This document shows positions 1 through 9,422 of a DNA stretch of 33,610 nucleotides, one piece after another. The stretch comes from Pyrinomonadaceae bacterium. Its GTDB lineage: Bacteria > Acidobacteriota > Blastocatellia > Pyrinomonadales > Pyrinomonadaceae. The notes under the pieces are model-generated. The model saw nothing but the letters and a program-made list of their open reading frames with translations, was not told the origin of the DNA and made no database searches. The stretch is from contig DATEMM010000461.1 of NCBI GenBank assembly GCA_035275605.1, positions 1 through 33,610 of the forward strand, written 5' to 3'. How positions within the stretch are numbered: position 1 is the first letter of the stretch; the number at the start of each line of letters is the position of its first letter. Position numbers and translations under genes: made by a program.

Positions 1-659
1 GTCGCCAGTTCCTTCAACCGCCTGTCCCCGCCGACGCCGGTCTTGTGTTCCCCGTGCATGCGGTAAAGCGAAAGATACTTCCCTTCCGGCTTGAACGTGA
101 CCCCGGCCTTTTTAGCCCGAATGAACCACTCCCAATCAAAACCGAAGACGAGCGATTCGTCGAGCGGCCCGGTCTTGAGCCAGGCATCTTTCGTCCAGAA
201 GGTGCTCGGCTGGATGATGTAGTCCGCCAGGAGGAGGTTCATCCTCTCGTGCAAGCTGCGCACGTCGCTGCCGTAAGCCCGCGCGCCGTCGTTGACGAAG
301 TGCAGGCAGTTGCCGAAGGTGAGTTCCGGTTGGCCCACATCGAGTTGTGCGGCGATGTGAGAGAGTGCGCCAGGCATGTACATGTCGTCCGAATTAAGCC
401 AGGCCAGGATGTCGCCCGTCGCGCGGGAGAACCCTTTGTTGATGGCCGCGCCCTGGCCGTCGTCCTTCTCGCTCACCCAGTGGGCCAGGTGTCGCTCGTA
501 TTTCCTGATAATCTCGACGCTCTGGTCCGTGCTCCCCCCGTCCATAATGATGTATTCCAGATTGGGGTAGTGCTGGCCGATGACGGACAGGATGGTCTCC
601 TCAAGAAACTGGCCCTGGTTGTAGGACGGGGTGACGACCGTGATTTTGGGAGAGCTCAT
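1..659 (-). CDS. Family 2 glycosyltransferase (GT-A fold); C-terminal part runs off the window start
   Basis: Absent from the ORF track because it has no in-window stop. My translation of the minus strand from the ATG (complement of 657-659) reads [99 protein letters not shown]... This is a classic GT2 N-terminus with a DxD-type SDD motif and a clear paralogue of the 14783..15658 product. The listed 45..917 + ORF is its antisense shadow. Confidence 0.85.
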   Translation of the reverse strand, partial: MSSPKITVVTPSYNQGQFLEETILSVIGQHYPNLEYIIMDGGSTDQSVEIIRKYERHLAHWVSEKDDGQGAAINKGFSRATGDILAWLNSDDMYMPGALSHIAAQLDVGQPELTFGNCLHFVNDGARAYGSDVRSLHERMNLLLADYIIQPSTFWTKDAWLKTGPLDESLVFGFDWEWFIRAKKAGVTFKPEGKYLSLYRMHGEHKTGVGGDRRLKELA

Positions 660-734
660 TTCAGCCTCGACGTTTTAATCCGATGGGGTTGCCCGCAGGA
701 ATTTGTCCTGCCTAAGGCCGCGCGCGCTCTACTC

Positions 735-1853
735 TCATCCGGCCCGCGCTACGGAGAAATTATCAAGCTCGCTCACCGAGCGGTAAACAGCAAGCGTCTC
801 TGCCACGGTCTTGTCCCAGCTAAAGACCTTCGCCCGCTCACGCCCTTTCGCTATCAGGCGCGCGCGCTCCCCTTCGTCGTCCAGGAGCCGCAGCATGATG
901 TCAGCCAAATCGTCTAGCGCGGCCGGGTCGAAGAGCACGCCCGCGTCACCGACGACTTCCGGCAAACTCGAACGATTCGACGCGATGACGGCGGCCCCGC
1001 ACGACATGGCTTCCAGCGGCGGGATGCCGAATCCCTCGTAGAATGACGGGTAGACGAAGGCTACGCTGCAACGGTAGAGCTTGGCCAGGTGTGCGTCGCT
1101 GACGTGTCCGTAGTGCCGCACGGCGTCGTTGATTTTCAACTCGGCCATGAGTTTTCGCTCCGCATCGTCAAAGGGGGCGCCCACCACGCAGAGCTCCGTC
1201 CCCGGACGGCTTGAATGCGCTTTACTGAACGCCTTGAGCAGCCCGTCAAAGTTCTTGTAGCTGTAGCGCAGTCCTATATACAGAAAGTAGGGCGCGGACG
1301 GGACGGGCTCTGGGCCGTGCGCGAGGCTCTCGTCTATCTCCGAGGCGAGGTACGTGACCTTGACCTTACTTTCGGGCAGCGAATAGCGCTCAAGCAAATC
1401 CTTCTTCGTGTTTTCGGAGATGCAGATGATGGCCTGCGCCGCCTCTATGGCCTTTCGCTTCACGCCCGCGTTCCACCCGGTCGGGTCCTGCTCCGGGAAA
1501 AGCTCGTGAATCATGTCCCAGACGGTGAGGACGACTGGACAGCGATACTGGCCGACCTCGCTCCGCGAGAGCAGCGTGTAGTAGGTCGGGTGCGCTAGGT
1601 CGAAGCGGCGCGAGGCGGCGACGTAATCGAAGAAATATTTTTCGAGCCGGTAGGAGACGCCCGCCGGGCGAAATCTTTTGTACCTGTAGACCTTCAAGTT
1701 AGGATGGGCCGGGTAATTGATCTGGCGCGACTGGCATGTCGTCAGGTAAGGGGTAACGTCGGCGGGAAGCCTGGAGATAAGGTTTGCGAAATACCGATTG
1801 ACGCCCCCCGCATTCTGTATGAGATAGATCATCCCGTCATATAGGACACGCAT
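735..1853 (-). CDS. GT4-family (GT-B fold) glycosyltransferase
   Basis: ORF 735..1886 contains the GT4 signature YPSFYEGFGIPPLEAMSCGAAVIASNRSSLPEVVGDAGVLFDP (E-x7-E region). I place the start at the internal ATG (complement of 1851-1853, MRVLYDGMIYL...) rather than the upstream GTG. Confidence 0.85.
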   Translation of the reverse strand: MRVLYDGMIYLIQNAGGVNRYFANLISRLPADVTPYLTTCQSRQINYPAHPNLKVYRYKRFRPAGVSYRLEKYFFDYVAASRRFDLAHPTYYTLLSRSEVGQYRCPVVLTVWDMIHELFPEQDPTGWNAGVKRKAIEAAQAIICISENTKKDLLERYSLPESKVKVTYLASEIDESLAHGPEPVPSAPYFLYIGLRYSYKNFDGLLKAFSKAHSSRPGTELCVVGAPFDDAERKLMAELKINDAVRHYGHVSDAHLAKLYRCSVAFVYPSFYEGFGIPPLEAMSCGAAVIASNRSSLPEVVGDAGVLFDPAALDDLADIMLRLLDDEGERARLIAKGRERAKVFSWDKTVAETLAVYRSVSELDNFSVARAG

Positions 1854-2018
1854 AGTTGGAATGTTATCAGCGAATTTCTCTCCCACGGTGCTGGAATCCG
1901 TCGCCGCTTCTGTTTATCAGGTGGTCGCGAACTGTCGTTGCATTTGCTCTCCGGTAGTTATACAGGATGCCCCGCACAACTCCAAAATCCTTGAACGTCA
2001 CTGGCAAGGGTGCCTTTC

Positions 2019-2048
2019 TTGACACCCATTAAGAGGCCAACCTATACT
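2019..2048 (+). promoter_or_regulatory. Sigma70-like promoter candidate upstream of rfbB
   Basis: TTGACA (2019-2024), 18 nt spacer, TATACT (2043-2048), about 45 nt upstream of the rfbB ATG at 2094. It lies in the divergent intergenic region between the minus-strand GT4 gene and rfbB. Consensus match only, with no experimental support. Confidence 0.35.
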
Positions 2049-2093
2049 CGGCTACTCATCCACAAGCTCCTGTTCTTCTACTTAAGAATATCC

Positions 2094-3116
2094 ATGCCTA
2101 AATTATTTATCACCGGCGGCGCGGGCTTCATCGGTTCGGCCTTCGTCCGCCTGGTGCTAGACGAACTGCCCTCGTGCGAGGTCGTCAACTTCGACGCACT
2201 GACCTACGCAGGCAACCTGGATAACCTGGCGGGCCTGGACGCCGGGCGACACACCTTCGTCCACAAAAATATTTGCGATCGCGAGGCGGTCATGGGCGCG
2301 CTCGCGGAAGGCACGGACGCCGTCATCAACTTCGCCGCCGAATCACACGTTGACCGCAGCATAGCCTCTGCCGACGAGTTCATTCACACGAACGTCCTTG
2401 GCACGCAAGTCCTGCTCGACGCGGCGCGAGCGCGCGGTGTCGGCCGCTTCGTCCACATCAGCACGGACGAGGTGATGGGCAGCCTCCCGGAAGACGAGGA
2501 AGCTTTCTTTAAGGAAGACTCGCCGTTTGCGCCCAACAGCCCTTACGCCGCGTCGAAGGCCGCGGCCGAGCACCTAGTGCGCGCGGCCCATCATACTTTC
2601 GGCCTGGACACGGTGATTACGCGGTGCGGCAACAACTACGGCCCGCGGCAGTTCCCCGAAAAGTTTCTCCCGCTTCTCTTATCCAACGCCTTGCGGGACG
2701 AGCCGATCCCGCTTTACGGCGACGGGCGCAACGTGCGCGACTGGATTTACGTCGAAGACCACTGCCGCGCCATCAAGCTCGCGTGGGAGAAGGGGCGCGC
2801 TGGCGAAACCTACAACATCGGCGCGCGCAACGAGAGGCGCAACATAGAGGTCGCCGAGTCCGTCCTGAACCTGCTCGGCAAGCCGCTCTCCTTGATTCGT
2901 CACGTCAAAGACCGGCTGGGCCATGACCGCCGTTACGCGATTGATCCGACGAAGACGGAGACGGAACTGGGCTGGAGCCCGCGCGAGACCTGGGAGAGCG
3001 GGCTGAGGAAGACAATCGATTGGTACGCGCAGAACGCCCCGTGGATCGAGCGAGCGCGCAGCGGCGCTTACCGCGAGTTCTACGCGCGCCAATACGGGGC
3101 CGAAGTTCTAAAGTAA
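2094..3116 (+). CDS. rfbB: dTDP-glucose 4,6-dehydratase
   Basis: MPKLFITGGAGFIGSAFVR..., ...AAESHVDRSI..., YAASKAAAEHLV (YxxxK), ...RCGNNYGPRQFPEKFLPL..., DGRNVRDWIYVEDH. Full-length match to the RmlB/RfbB pattern. The track start at 2010 adds 28 non-homologous residues and would swallow the promoter candidate, so I use ATG 2094. Confidence 0.93.
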   Translation: MPKLFITGGAGFIGSAFVRLVLDELPSCEVVNFDALTYAGNLDNLAGLDAGRHTFVHKNICDREAVMGALAEGTDAVINFAAESHVDRSIASADEFIHTNVLGTQVLLDAARARGVGRFVHISTDEVMGSLPEDEEAFFKEDSPFAPNSPYAASKAAAEHLVRAAHHTFGLDTVITRCGNNYGPRQFPEKFLPLLLSNALRDEPIPLYGDGRNVRDWIYVEDHCRAIKLAWEKGRAGETYNIGARNERRNIEVAESVLNLLGKPLSLIRHVKDRLGHDRRYAIDPTKTETELGWSPRETWESGLRKTIDWYAQNAPWIERARSGAYREFYARQYGAEVLK

Positions 3117-3208
3117 GTCCGGAGTCTCAAAGTCTGGAGTCTGAAGTCAAAAGAAAGAGCAGCTTTTGACCAGTTGACTTCAGATTCTAAGACTCCAGAC
3201 TCCAGACT
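3117..3208. repeat. Heptamer-repeat hairpin element E1 (AGTCTGG / CCAGACT family)
   Basis: Left arm 3117-3150 has AGTCT/AGTCA recurring at 3123, 3131, 3138 and 3145. The spacer is AAAAGAAAGAGCAGCTTTTGACCAG. Right arm 3174-3208 has GACT recurring at 3176, 3183 (GATT), 3191, 3198 and 3205. The arms are imperfectly complementary, with 11 of 11 bp matching next to the spacer. The element starts directly after the rfbB stop (3114-3116) and is followed by TATATATAT and the rfbD ATG (3218). Confidence 0.9.
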
Positions 3209-3217
3209 TATATATAT

Positions 3218-4066
3218 ATGCGAATTCTGGTGACAGGAGCCGGGGGAATGGTCGGGCGCGCCGTCGTCGAGCACTGCGCGGCGCGCGAGGACGAGGTCTT
3301 GGCACACGACCGCGCCGGGCTGGACATCGCGGACGCGGCGGCCGTGCGCGCAGTCTTCGAGAAGGAGCGCCCGCAGGCCGTCATCAACTGCGCCGCGTGG
3401 ACGGATGTTGACGCGTGCCAGAGTGACAGCGAACGCTCCTTCCGAATCCACGCGCGCGGGCCTGAGAATCTGGCTATCAGCGCCCGCCACGTCGGGGCGA
3501 CGCTCGTGACGATTTCGACCGACTACGTTTTCGACGGCGCGAAGGACGGATTTTACACGCAGCGCGACGACCCCTTCCCGACGAGCGTCTACGGATTGTC
3601 GAAGCTGGAGGGCGAGCGTAGGGCGCAAAGCGCCTCTGCGCGCACCGTCGTCGTGCGCACGGGTTGGATTTTCGGGGTCGGCGGGCGAAACTTTTTAAGC
3701 CGGATAATGGAGCTGGGCCAAACCGGCGAACGCCTGAAAGCCATCGGCGACGCGTGGGGCACGCCGACTTACGCCGCGGACCTGGCCCGCCGCCTGCGGC
3801 AACTGGCCGAACTCGATCTGCCGGGCGTCTACCACGTGACCAACGCGGGCGACGGCACGAGCTACGAAGAGTTTACGCGTGAGGCGCTCGCGGCGGCCGG
3901 CCTCGACGCGGTAGAGATGGAAAGCGTCTCGATGGATTCGCTCGAAAGGCCAGCCCCGCGCCCGCGCAACTCGCGCCTGCGCTGCCTGCTGTCTGCGGCA
4001 ATAGGTCTTGAGCCGCTCCCCGACTGGCGGCTCGCGCTCAAACGTTTCGCCGCGGCCCGGAGGTGA
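3218..4066 (+). CDS. rfbD: dTDP-4-dehydrorhamnose reductase
   Basis: MRILVTGAGGMVGRAV..., VINCAAWTDVDACQ, STDYVFDG, YGLSKLEGE, and GTPTYAADLA match the RmlD/RfbD pattern over the full length (282 aa). Confidence 0.9.
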   Translation: MRILVTGAGGMVGRAVVEHCAAREDEVLAHDRAGLDIADAAAVRAVFEKERPQAVINCAAWTDVDACQSDSERSFRIHARGPENLAISARHVGATLVTISTDYVFDGAKDGFYTQRDDPFPTSVYGLSKLEGERRAQSASARTVVVRTGWIFGVGGRNFLSRIMELGQTGERLKAIGDAWGTPTYAADLARRLRQLAELDLPGVYHVTNAGDGTSYEEFTREALAAAGLDAVEMESVSMDSLERPAPRPRNSRLRCLLSAAIGLEPLPDWRLALKRFAAARR

Positions 4067-4220
4067 CGGCCCCGGCCGGGCCTCACGGTTTGCGGCCTTT
4101 CGGGCTTGGCAGATAACCCGCTTCTGATGTTATGCTTTAGCGTCTCTGTGTTGATAGTCAGGAGATGGACGGTAAGTCTCCCACCGTTATCCATCATCCT
4201 TCATTCAGGTGTAGAAAGTT

Positions 4221-6641
4221 ATGGTTTCTGAAGATAATCGCTTGCTTTCCCTCTCCGCCGTGGAGCGCGGCCTCGACCGACCCTTGAGCGACATCGCGCA
4301 GCCGAAGCCCTACGGCATTTCGCCGTCGGACCCGACGCACTTGCGCGACTACCTGTTCGTCGTCCTCAAGCGTAAGTGGCTCATCCTGACGCTCGTGCTG
4401 GTCATCACCTCGCTGGTGACGATCCAGATGTATCGCCAGCCTTCGGTTTATCAGGCGACGACGCAGATTCTGATCGAGCCGAAGAAGCAGAACATTCTGC
4501 AAGCCGGACAGGGCGTCGTCATCAACACCGGCGGCGACAAAGACCCTGCCTACTGGAACACGCAGCTCAAGCTCCTGGAGAACCCTGCGCTGGCCCGCCA
4601 GGTGATTCTGACGCTCGGACTCCATCGCGACCCCACGTTTTTCGGCTCTTCCGGGCAGACCAGCATCGGGTCTTCGCTGCGCCGCCTGATTTACGGCGAG
4701 GACCAGGCGCAGACTGCGCCCGCCCCTGCCACCAAGGTCGAAGTCGTCGGGGCCGAAGAGGTGGCGAGCGGGCAGCTCTCGCAGCAGGAGCTGGCCAAGC
4801 TACAGCCTTACGAGGACACGATGGCGGCCAACCTCTCGGTTGACCCGGTCGTCGGAACCAACCTCATCTACCTGAGCTATAAACACACCAACCCGGAACT
4901 GGCACAGAGAATCGTCAACACCTACGCCGACGCCTTCGTCTACAACAACGCCGAGCGCCAGACCACCGGCAACGAGCGGGCGCTCAAGACCGTCGGAGAA
5001 AAGATCGCGGAGCTGCAAAACAAAATCAACGTTGACGAGCAGGAGAGGTTCGCTTACGTCACCAAGCACGAACTCCCCTTTAGCGCGGCGACGCCTGGAG
5101 CGCCCGCCGCTCCCGGCTCGAACCTCCCGGCCGAACGCCTGGCGAAACTAAGCTCGTCGCTGCTTGAAGCTGAAAGCAACAGGAAGAACCTCCAATCCCT
5201 CTATGAGACCGCGGCGAAATCTACGGACCCGAACGAAATCCCGGAGGTTTCCGACAACAAGCGCATCCAGACGCTGCGCGAGAAGCTGGACACGTTGAAG
5301 CAGAAGCGTGAAGAGCTGCTCGAAGTCTACACGCAGGAATGGCCGGACGTGAAAAAGGTTGACGCGCAGATCAAGATGCTCGAAGAGTCTTTGACCAAGG
5401 CCCCGCGCGAAGTGGTGGCGGCCATGCGCGCCCGCTACGAGGCGGCGGTCGCCACGGAGAACCGGCTGCGGCAATCCTACGATTCGCAGCGCGCAGACGT
5501 ATCGGGTAAGAACCGCGCGCAGTTGGAGCTAAGCGTCATCAACCAGCGGATCGCGACCAATACGCAGTACCTCAATACGCTGATGCAGCGCCAGCAGGAG
5601 TTGGAGAACACCTTGCCGGAGTCCATGAAGAGCAACAACGTCAGCGTCACGCAGTACAGCCGGTCGGGCGTGCCGATTGGCCCGGCCCGGATGCGTAACA
5701 TCGTCATCGCGTTCCTGCTCTCGCTCGGCGTCGGCATCGGCCTCGCCTTCCTGCTCGACTACCTGGACGACACGCTGAAGTCTATCGAGGACGTGGACCG
5801 CTACATACACCTCCCGGCGCTGGCGCTGATTCCGACCAACCGTGCGGAGCGCCCGCGGCTCAAAGGCAAAGGCCCACAGGCGGCCGAGGCGGACGAATCC
5901 ACCGCCCTGGCCCTGATAGACGACGTCCGCTCGCCCATCGCCGAAGCCTACAGGCACCTGCGCACGTCGCTCCTGCTCTCTTCCGCGGGCCAGCCGCCGA
6001 AGACGATTCTGGTGACGTCGAGCCAGCCTTCCGAGGGTAAGACGACGACGGCCGTCAACACCGCCGTCATGCTGGCACAGACCGGCGCGGACGTCCTGGT
6101 CATCGACTGCGATCTGCGCCGCCCGCGCATGCACACGCACTTTAACGTGTCCAACGCCGCCGGGCTGACCAACTTCCTGTCGGGCGATTCGGACCTGGAC
6201 GCCTTGTTGCAGCCCTACGAGAAGCTGCCGAACCTGAGGCTCCTGACCTCCGGGCCGGTGCCGCCGAACCCGGCGGAGCTTTTGGGCTCAGACGAGATGC
6301 GAAAGCTCCTGAACCTGGTCGGCGACCGCTTCACGCACATCGTCATCGACTCGCCGCCGGCCATCTCGTTCACGGACGCCTCGATTCTCTCGACGATGGT
6401 TGACGGCGTGGTGCTGGTCGTTCACGGCGGGCGCAGCTCGCGCGCCATCGTGCGGCGCGCCAAGCAGCAACTGCTCGACGTCGGCGCAAACATCTTCGGC
6501 ATTGTGCTCAACAACGTCAGGCTCGAAGCCACGAATTACTACTACTACGCGGGCTACTATTCGAGCTATTACACGGACGACGAGGGCGGCGGCGCGCCGG
6601 ATGCGGCGGCAGGCGAAGGCGCGCGCGGGGCGGGTCTGTGA
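4221..6641 (+). CDS. Polysaccharide co-polymerase fused to a BY tyrosine autokinase (Wzc/GumC/EpsG-like chain-length determinant)
   Basis: 806 aa. N-terminal LRDYLFVVLKRKWLILTLVLVITSL (Wzz-type TM1), a long coiled-coil-like region and a second TM (IVIAFLLSLGVGIGLAFLL). The cytoplasmic P-loop domain has Walker A SSQPSEGKTTTAVN and VIDCDLRRP (Walker A'). The C-terminal tyrosine cluster is NYYYYAGYYSSYYTDDE. Confidence 0.9.
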   Translation: MVSEDNRLLSLSAVERGLDRPLSDIAQPKPYGISPSDPTHLRDYLFVVLKRKWLILTLVLVITSLVTIQMYRQPSVYQATTQILIEPKKQNILQAGQGVVINTGGDKDPAYWNTQLKLLENPALARQVILTLGLHRDPTFFGSSGQTSIGSSLRRLIYGEDQAQTAPAPATKVEVVGAEEVASGQLSQQELAKLQPYEDTMAANLSVDPVVGTNLIYLSYKHTNPELAQRIVNTYADAFVYNNAERQTTGNERALKTVGEKIAELQNKINVDEQERFAYVTKHELPFSAATPGAPAAPGSNLPAERLAKLSSSLLEAESNRKNLQSLYETAAKSTDPNEIPEVSDNKRIQTLREKLDTLKQKREELLEVYTQEWPDVKKVDAQIKMLEESLTKAPREVVAAMRARYEAAVATENRLRQSYDSQRADVSGKNRAQLELSVINQRIATNTQYLNTLMQRQQELENTLPESMKSNNVSVTQYSRSGVPIGPARMRNIVIAFLLSLGVGIGLAFLLDYLDDTLKSIEDVDRYIHLPALALIPTNRAERPRLKGKGPQAAEADESTALALIDDVRSPIAEAYRHLRTSLLLSSAGQPPKTILVTSSQPSEGKTTTAVNTAVMLAQTGADVLVIDCDLRRPRMHTHFNVSNAAGLTNFLSGDSDLDALLQPYEKLPNLRLLTSGPVPPNPAELLGSDEMRKLLNLVGDRFTHIVIDSPPAISFTDASILSTMVDGVVLVVHGGRSSRAIVRRAKQQLLDVGANIFGIVLNNVRLEATNYYYYAGYYSSYYTDDEGGGAPDAAAGEGARGAGL

Positions 6642-7120
6642 AGGGTGAGTTCTGTCTCATCGCGCCCGACGTGCGGCTCGGGCGCGATGTCGCCATCTAC
6701 AACTTCGTCAACCTCTACGGCTGCGAGATAGGGGATTCAACCAAGATCGGCTCGTTCGTCGAGATTCAGAAGGGCGCGCGCGTCGGGCGCAACTGTAAAA
6801 TCTCCAGCCACACCTTCATCTGCGAAGGGGTCGAAATCGAGGACGAGGTCTTCGTCGGCCACGGCGTCAACTTTATCAACGACAAATATCCGCGCGCGAC
6901 CACTGACGCCGGCCAGCTCCAGACGGAGGCCGACTGGGTGGTTGAGCGCACCGTTGTGCGGCGCGGGGCCAGCATCGGCACGAACGCGACCATCCTTGGC
7001 GGCATCGAGATCGGCGAACGCTCAATCGTCGGCGCCGGCGCGGTCGTCACCCGCGACGTCCCCCCCGGCGCAACAGTCGCGGGCAACCCGGCGAGGGTTA
7101 TTAGAAAGGATGAAGGATGA
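6638..7120 (+). CDS. Left-handed beta-helix (hexapeptide) sugar N-acetyltransferase, WbpD/WlbB-like
   Basis: 160 aa with hexapeptide repeats, ending in IGTNATILGGIEIGERSIVGAGAVVTRDVPPGATVAGNPARVI. The GTG start overlaps the upstream TGA (GTGA). Genomic context is a Gfo/Idh/MocA oxidoreductase and DegT aminotransferases. The last codons and the stop are encoded by the left arm of repeat E2. Confidence 0.8.
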   Translation: MKGEFCLIAPDVRLGRDVAIYNFVNLYGCEIGDSTKIGSFVEIQKGARVGRNCKISSHTFICEGVEIEDEVFVGHGVNFINDKYPRATTDAGQLQTEADWVVERTVVRRGASIGTNATILGGIEIGERSIVGAGAVVTRDVPPGATVAGNPARVIRKDEG

Positions 7121-7214
7121 GGGCGGAGGGATGAAAGGGGATGAGAGAAGGCGTCAAGTGAATTAATCACTCAATCGCGCTTTTACTTCATCCCTCATCC
7201 CTCCGCCCTCATCC
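7108..7214. repeat. Heptamer-repeat hairpin element E2 (GGATGAG / CTCATCC family)
   Basis: Left arm: GGATGAA(7108) GGATGAG(7115) GGCGGAG(7122) GGATGAA(7129), plus GGATGAG at 7139. Right arm: TTCATCC(7187) CTCATCC(7194) CTCCGCC(7201) CTCATCC(7208). Left 7115-7135 matches the reverse complement of the right arm at 20 of 21 positions. The spacer contains a small AGTGA-ATTAA-TCACT hairpin. The right arm ends 6 nt before ATG 7221. Confidence 0.9.
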
Positions 7215-7220
7215 CTTACT

Positions 7221-8327
7221 ATGAACGTCCCTTTCGTTGATTTACAGGCGCAGTACAGGTCCATCAAGGCGGAGGTGGATGCGGGCATCGCGCGCGTGAT
7301 CGAGAGCGCAAGTTTCGTCCTGGGGCGCGAGGTCGAGGCGTTCGAGGCCGCTTTCGCCGAGTACGTCGGCGCGCGTTTCTGCGTCGGGGTCAATAACGGG
7401 ACGGCGGCGATTCAGTTGGCGGTGACGGCGTGCGGCCTCGGGCCGGGCGACGAGGTGATTGTGCCAGCCAACACCTTCTTCGCCAGTGCCGAAGCCGTCT
7501 CGACCGCAGGCGCGACGCCCGTCTTCGTAGACGCCGACCCGGTCTCCTACAACATCGACGTCTCGAAAATCGAAGCGGCCATCACAGGGCGCACGCGCGC
7601 CATCCTCCCAGTACATCTCTACGGCCAGCCTGCCGACCTAGACCCTATTTTCGAGCTTGCCCGGCGGCGCGGTCTCATCGTCATCGAAGACGCGGCGCAG
7701 GCGCACGGCGCGCGCTACAAGGGAAAGCGCGTCGGGGCGCTCGGGCGGGCAGGGTGTTTCAGTTTTTATCCAGGCAAGAACCTGGGCGCTTACGGCGAGG
7801 GTGGGGCCGTCGTGACCAACGACGAAGAGGTCGCGCGCCGCCTGCGCCTGCTGCGCGACCACGGGTCCGCGCGCAAGTATCATCACGAAATCATCGCCTA
7901 CAACTTCCGCCTTGAAGGAATTCAAGGGGCGGTCCTCAATGCGAAGCTGCCGCACCTGGACGAATGGAACAATCTGCGCCGCCAACATGCCGCGAGCTAC
8001 AACGAACTCCTGCGTGAGAGCGGCCTCGTCCTCCCGAAGGTGCCGCCGGATGTCGAGCCTGTCTATCACCTCTACGTGGTGCAGACCGAGGAGCGCGATC
8101 GGCTTCAGAAAACTTTGAGCGAGGCGGGCGTGCAGACAGGCATACACTATCCCATCCCGATTCACCTGCAACCGGCCTACGCGTCTCTCGACTACAAGGT
8201 GGGAGATTTCCCGGAGGCCGAAAGCCAGGCCACCCGCGTGCTCTCGCTCCCGATGTTCCCGGAATTGACGGAAAGTCAGATAATGCACGTCGCAAAGACC
8301 ATCCTGGAGGCGGAAGGGTCCAAATGA
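7221..8327 (+). CDS. DegT/DnrJ/EryC1/StrS-family PLP-dependent sugar aminotransferase (WbpE/WlbC-like)
   Basis: MNVPFVDLQAQYRSIKAEVD..., NGTAAIQLA, ILPVHLYGQPADLD, IEDAAQAHGA, and FSFYPGKNLGAYGEGGAVVTND (catalytic Lys). 368 aa, full length. Confidence 0.9.
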   Translation: MNVPFVDLQAQYRSIKAEVDAGIARVIESASFVLGREVEAFEAAFAEYVGARFCVGVNNGTAAIQLAVTACGLGPGDEVIVPANTFFASAEAVSTAGATPVFVDADPVSYNIDVSKIEAAITGRTRAILPVHLYGQPADLDPIFELARRRGLIVIEDAAQAHGARYKGKRVGALGRAGCFSFYPGKNLGAYGEGGAVVTNDEEVARRLRLLRDHGSARKYHHEIIAYNFRLEGIQGAVLNAKLPHLDEWNNLRRQHAASYNELLRESGLVLPKVPPDVEPVYHLYVVQTEERDRLQKTLSEAGVQTGIHYPIPIHLQPAYASLDYKVGDFPEAESQATRVLSLPMFPELTESQIMHVAKTILEAEGSK

Positions 8328-9352
8328 ATCCAGCGACGATCGGCGTCATCGGCTGCGGCTACTGGGGGCCGAACCTGCTCCGCAACTTCGCGGAGAACGA
8401 GGCGGCCACCCTGCGCTGGATGTGCGACCTGGACACGAAGCGCCTGGAGTCGCTCGGCCGCCGCTACCCTTCCGCCCAGACGACGATTGATTGCGGCCAG
8501 CTCTTCAACGACCCGCAACTGGACGCCGTCGTCATCGCCACGCCCGTCAGCACGCACTTCAACTTCGCCAGGGCGGCGCTGCAAGCTGGCAAGCACGTGC
8601 TCATCGAAAAGCCCTTCACGGCGACCGTGGCCGAGGCCGAAGAGTTGATCGAGCTGGCCGAGCGCAACCGCCTGACGCTGATGGTTGATCACACCTTCAT
8701 CTACACGGGGGCCATCAGGAAGATTAAAGAGATAGTCAAAAGCGGCGAGTTGGGCGAGCTGCTCTACTTCGATTCCGTGCGGATTAACCTCGGGCTCTTC
8801 CAGCGGGACATCAACGTCGTCTGGGACCTCGCGCCGCACGATTTGGCGATCATGGACTACATCATCGACCGCCGCCCTCTGACCGTCACGGCCACCGGCA
8901 GTTGCCACGTCGAGCGCGGCATCGAGAACATCGCCTACGTCATGCTGCGCTTCCCGGAAGAGTTCATCGCGCACTTTCATTTCAACTGGCTCTCGCCCGT
9001 CAAAATCCGCCGGACATTACTCGCCGGGAGCCGCAAGATGGTCGTCTACGACGACATCGAGCCGACCGAGAAGGTCCGCGTTTACGACAAGGGCGTGATG
9101 GTCACGCTGAGCGAAGAGGCGGCCGACAAAGAGGCTGCTTACCGGACGCTGGTCAGCTATCGCACGGGTGATGTGTGGGTTCCTAAGCTGGACTCGACGG
9201 AAGCCTTGCACTACGTCTGCCAGGAGTTTCTGGACGCCATGCGGGAACAGAGGCAGCCCCTGACGGACGGTCACTCAGGTCTTCGCGTGGTGCGCCTGCT
9301 CGAAGCGGCGCAGACCTCCATCAGCCAGCAGGGCCGACCCGTAGAGCTTTAG
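8324..9352 (+). CDS. Gfo/Idh/MocA-family NAD-dependent sugar oxidoreductase (WbpB/WlbA-like 3-dehydrogenase candidate)
   Basis: [17 protein letters not shown] Rossmann N-terminus, [10 protein letters not shown] motif, and a C-terminal alpha/beta domain. The ATGA overlap with the preceding aminotransferase indicates translational coupling. Confidence 0.85.
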   Translation: MNPATIGVIGCGYWGPNLLRNFAENEAATLRWMCDLDTKRLESLGRRYPSAQTTIDCGQLFNDPQLDAVVIATPVSTHFNFARAALQAGKHVLIEKPFTATVAEAEELIELAERNRLTLMVDHTFIYTGAIRKIKEIVKSGELGELLYFDSVRINLGLFQRDINVVWDLAPHDLAIMDYIIDRRPLTVTATGSCHVERGIENIAYVMLRFPEEFIAHFHFNWLSPVKIRRTLLAGSRKMVVYDDIEPTEKVRVYDKGVMVTLSEEAADKEAAYRTLVSYRTGDVWVPKLDSTEALHYVCQEFLDAMREQRQPLTDGHSGLRVVRLLEAAQTSISQQGRPVEL

Positions 9353-9422
9353 TTTCATCACCAAGTGTAAGGAAAGCGAGCGAAAGACCTTGGCCGCACA
9401 GACGACCGATTCTCGAACCAAA

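Noticed and set aside
695-711. GCAGGA-ATTTG-TCCTGC hairpin between the two minus-strand glycosyltransferase genes
   Set aside because: It is a 6 bp stem with no flanking U-tract on the transcribed strand and lies within a 75 nt gap between co-transcribed-looking genes. It is too weak to call a terminator or regulator.
45-917. 290 aa + strand ORF at the left edge of the window
   Set aside because: It is the antisense shadow of a genuine minus-strand GT2 gene (1..659) whose translation shows textbook GT2 motifs. The + strand product is an Arg/Val/Ala/Gly/Asp-rich sequence with no recognisable motif, as expected for stop-poor antisense frames in high-G+C DNA.
7122-7130. GGCGGAGGG in the E2 left arm as a Shine-Dalgarno site, with the complementary CCCTCCGCC in the right arm as anti-SD mimicry
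   Set aside because: The GGAGG lies about 90 nt upstream of the next start codon, and the sequence is simply one heptamer unit of the array. The other six elements carry no SD-like unit, so I do not consider it a specific signal.
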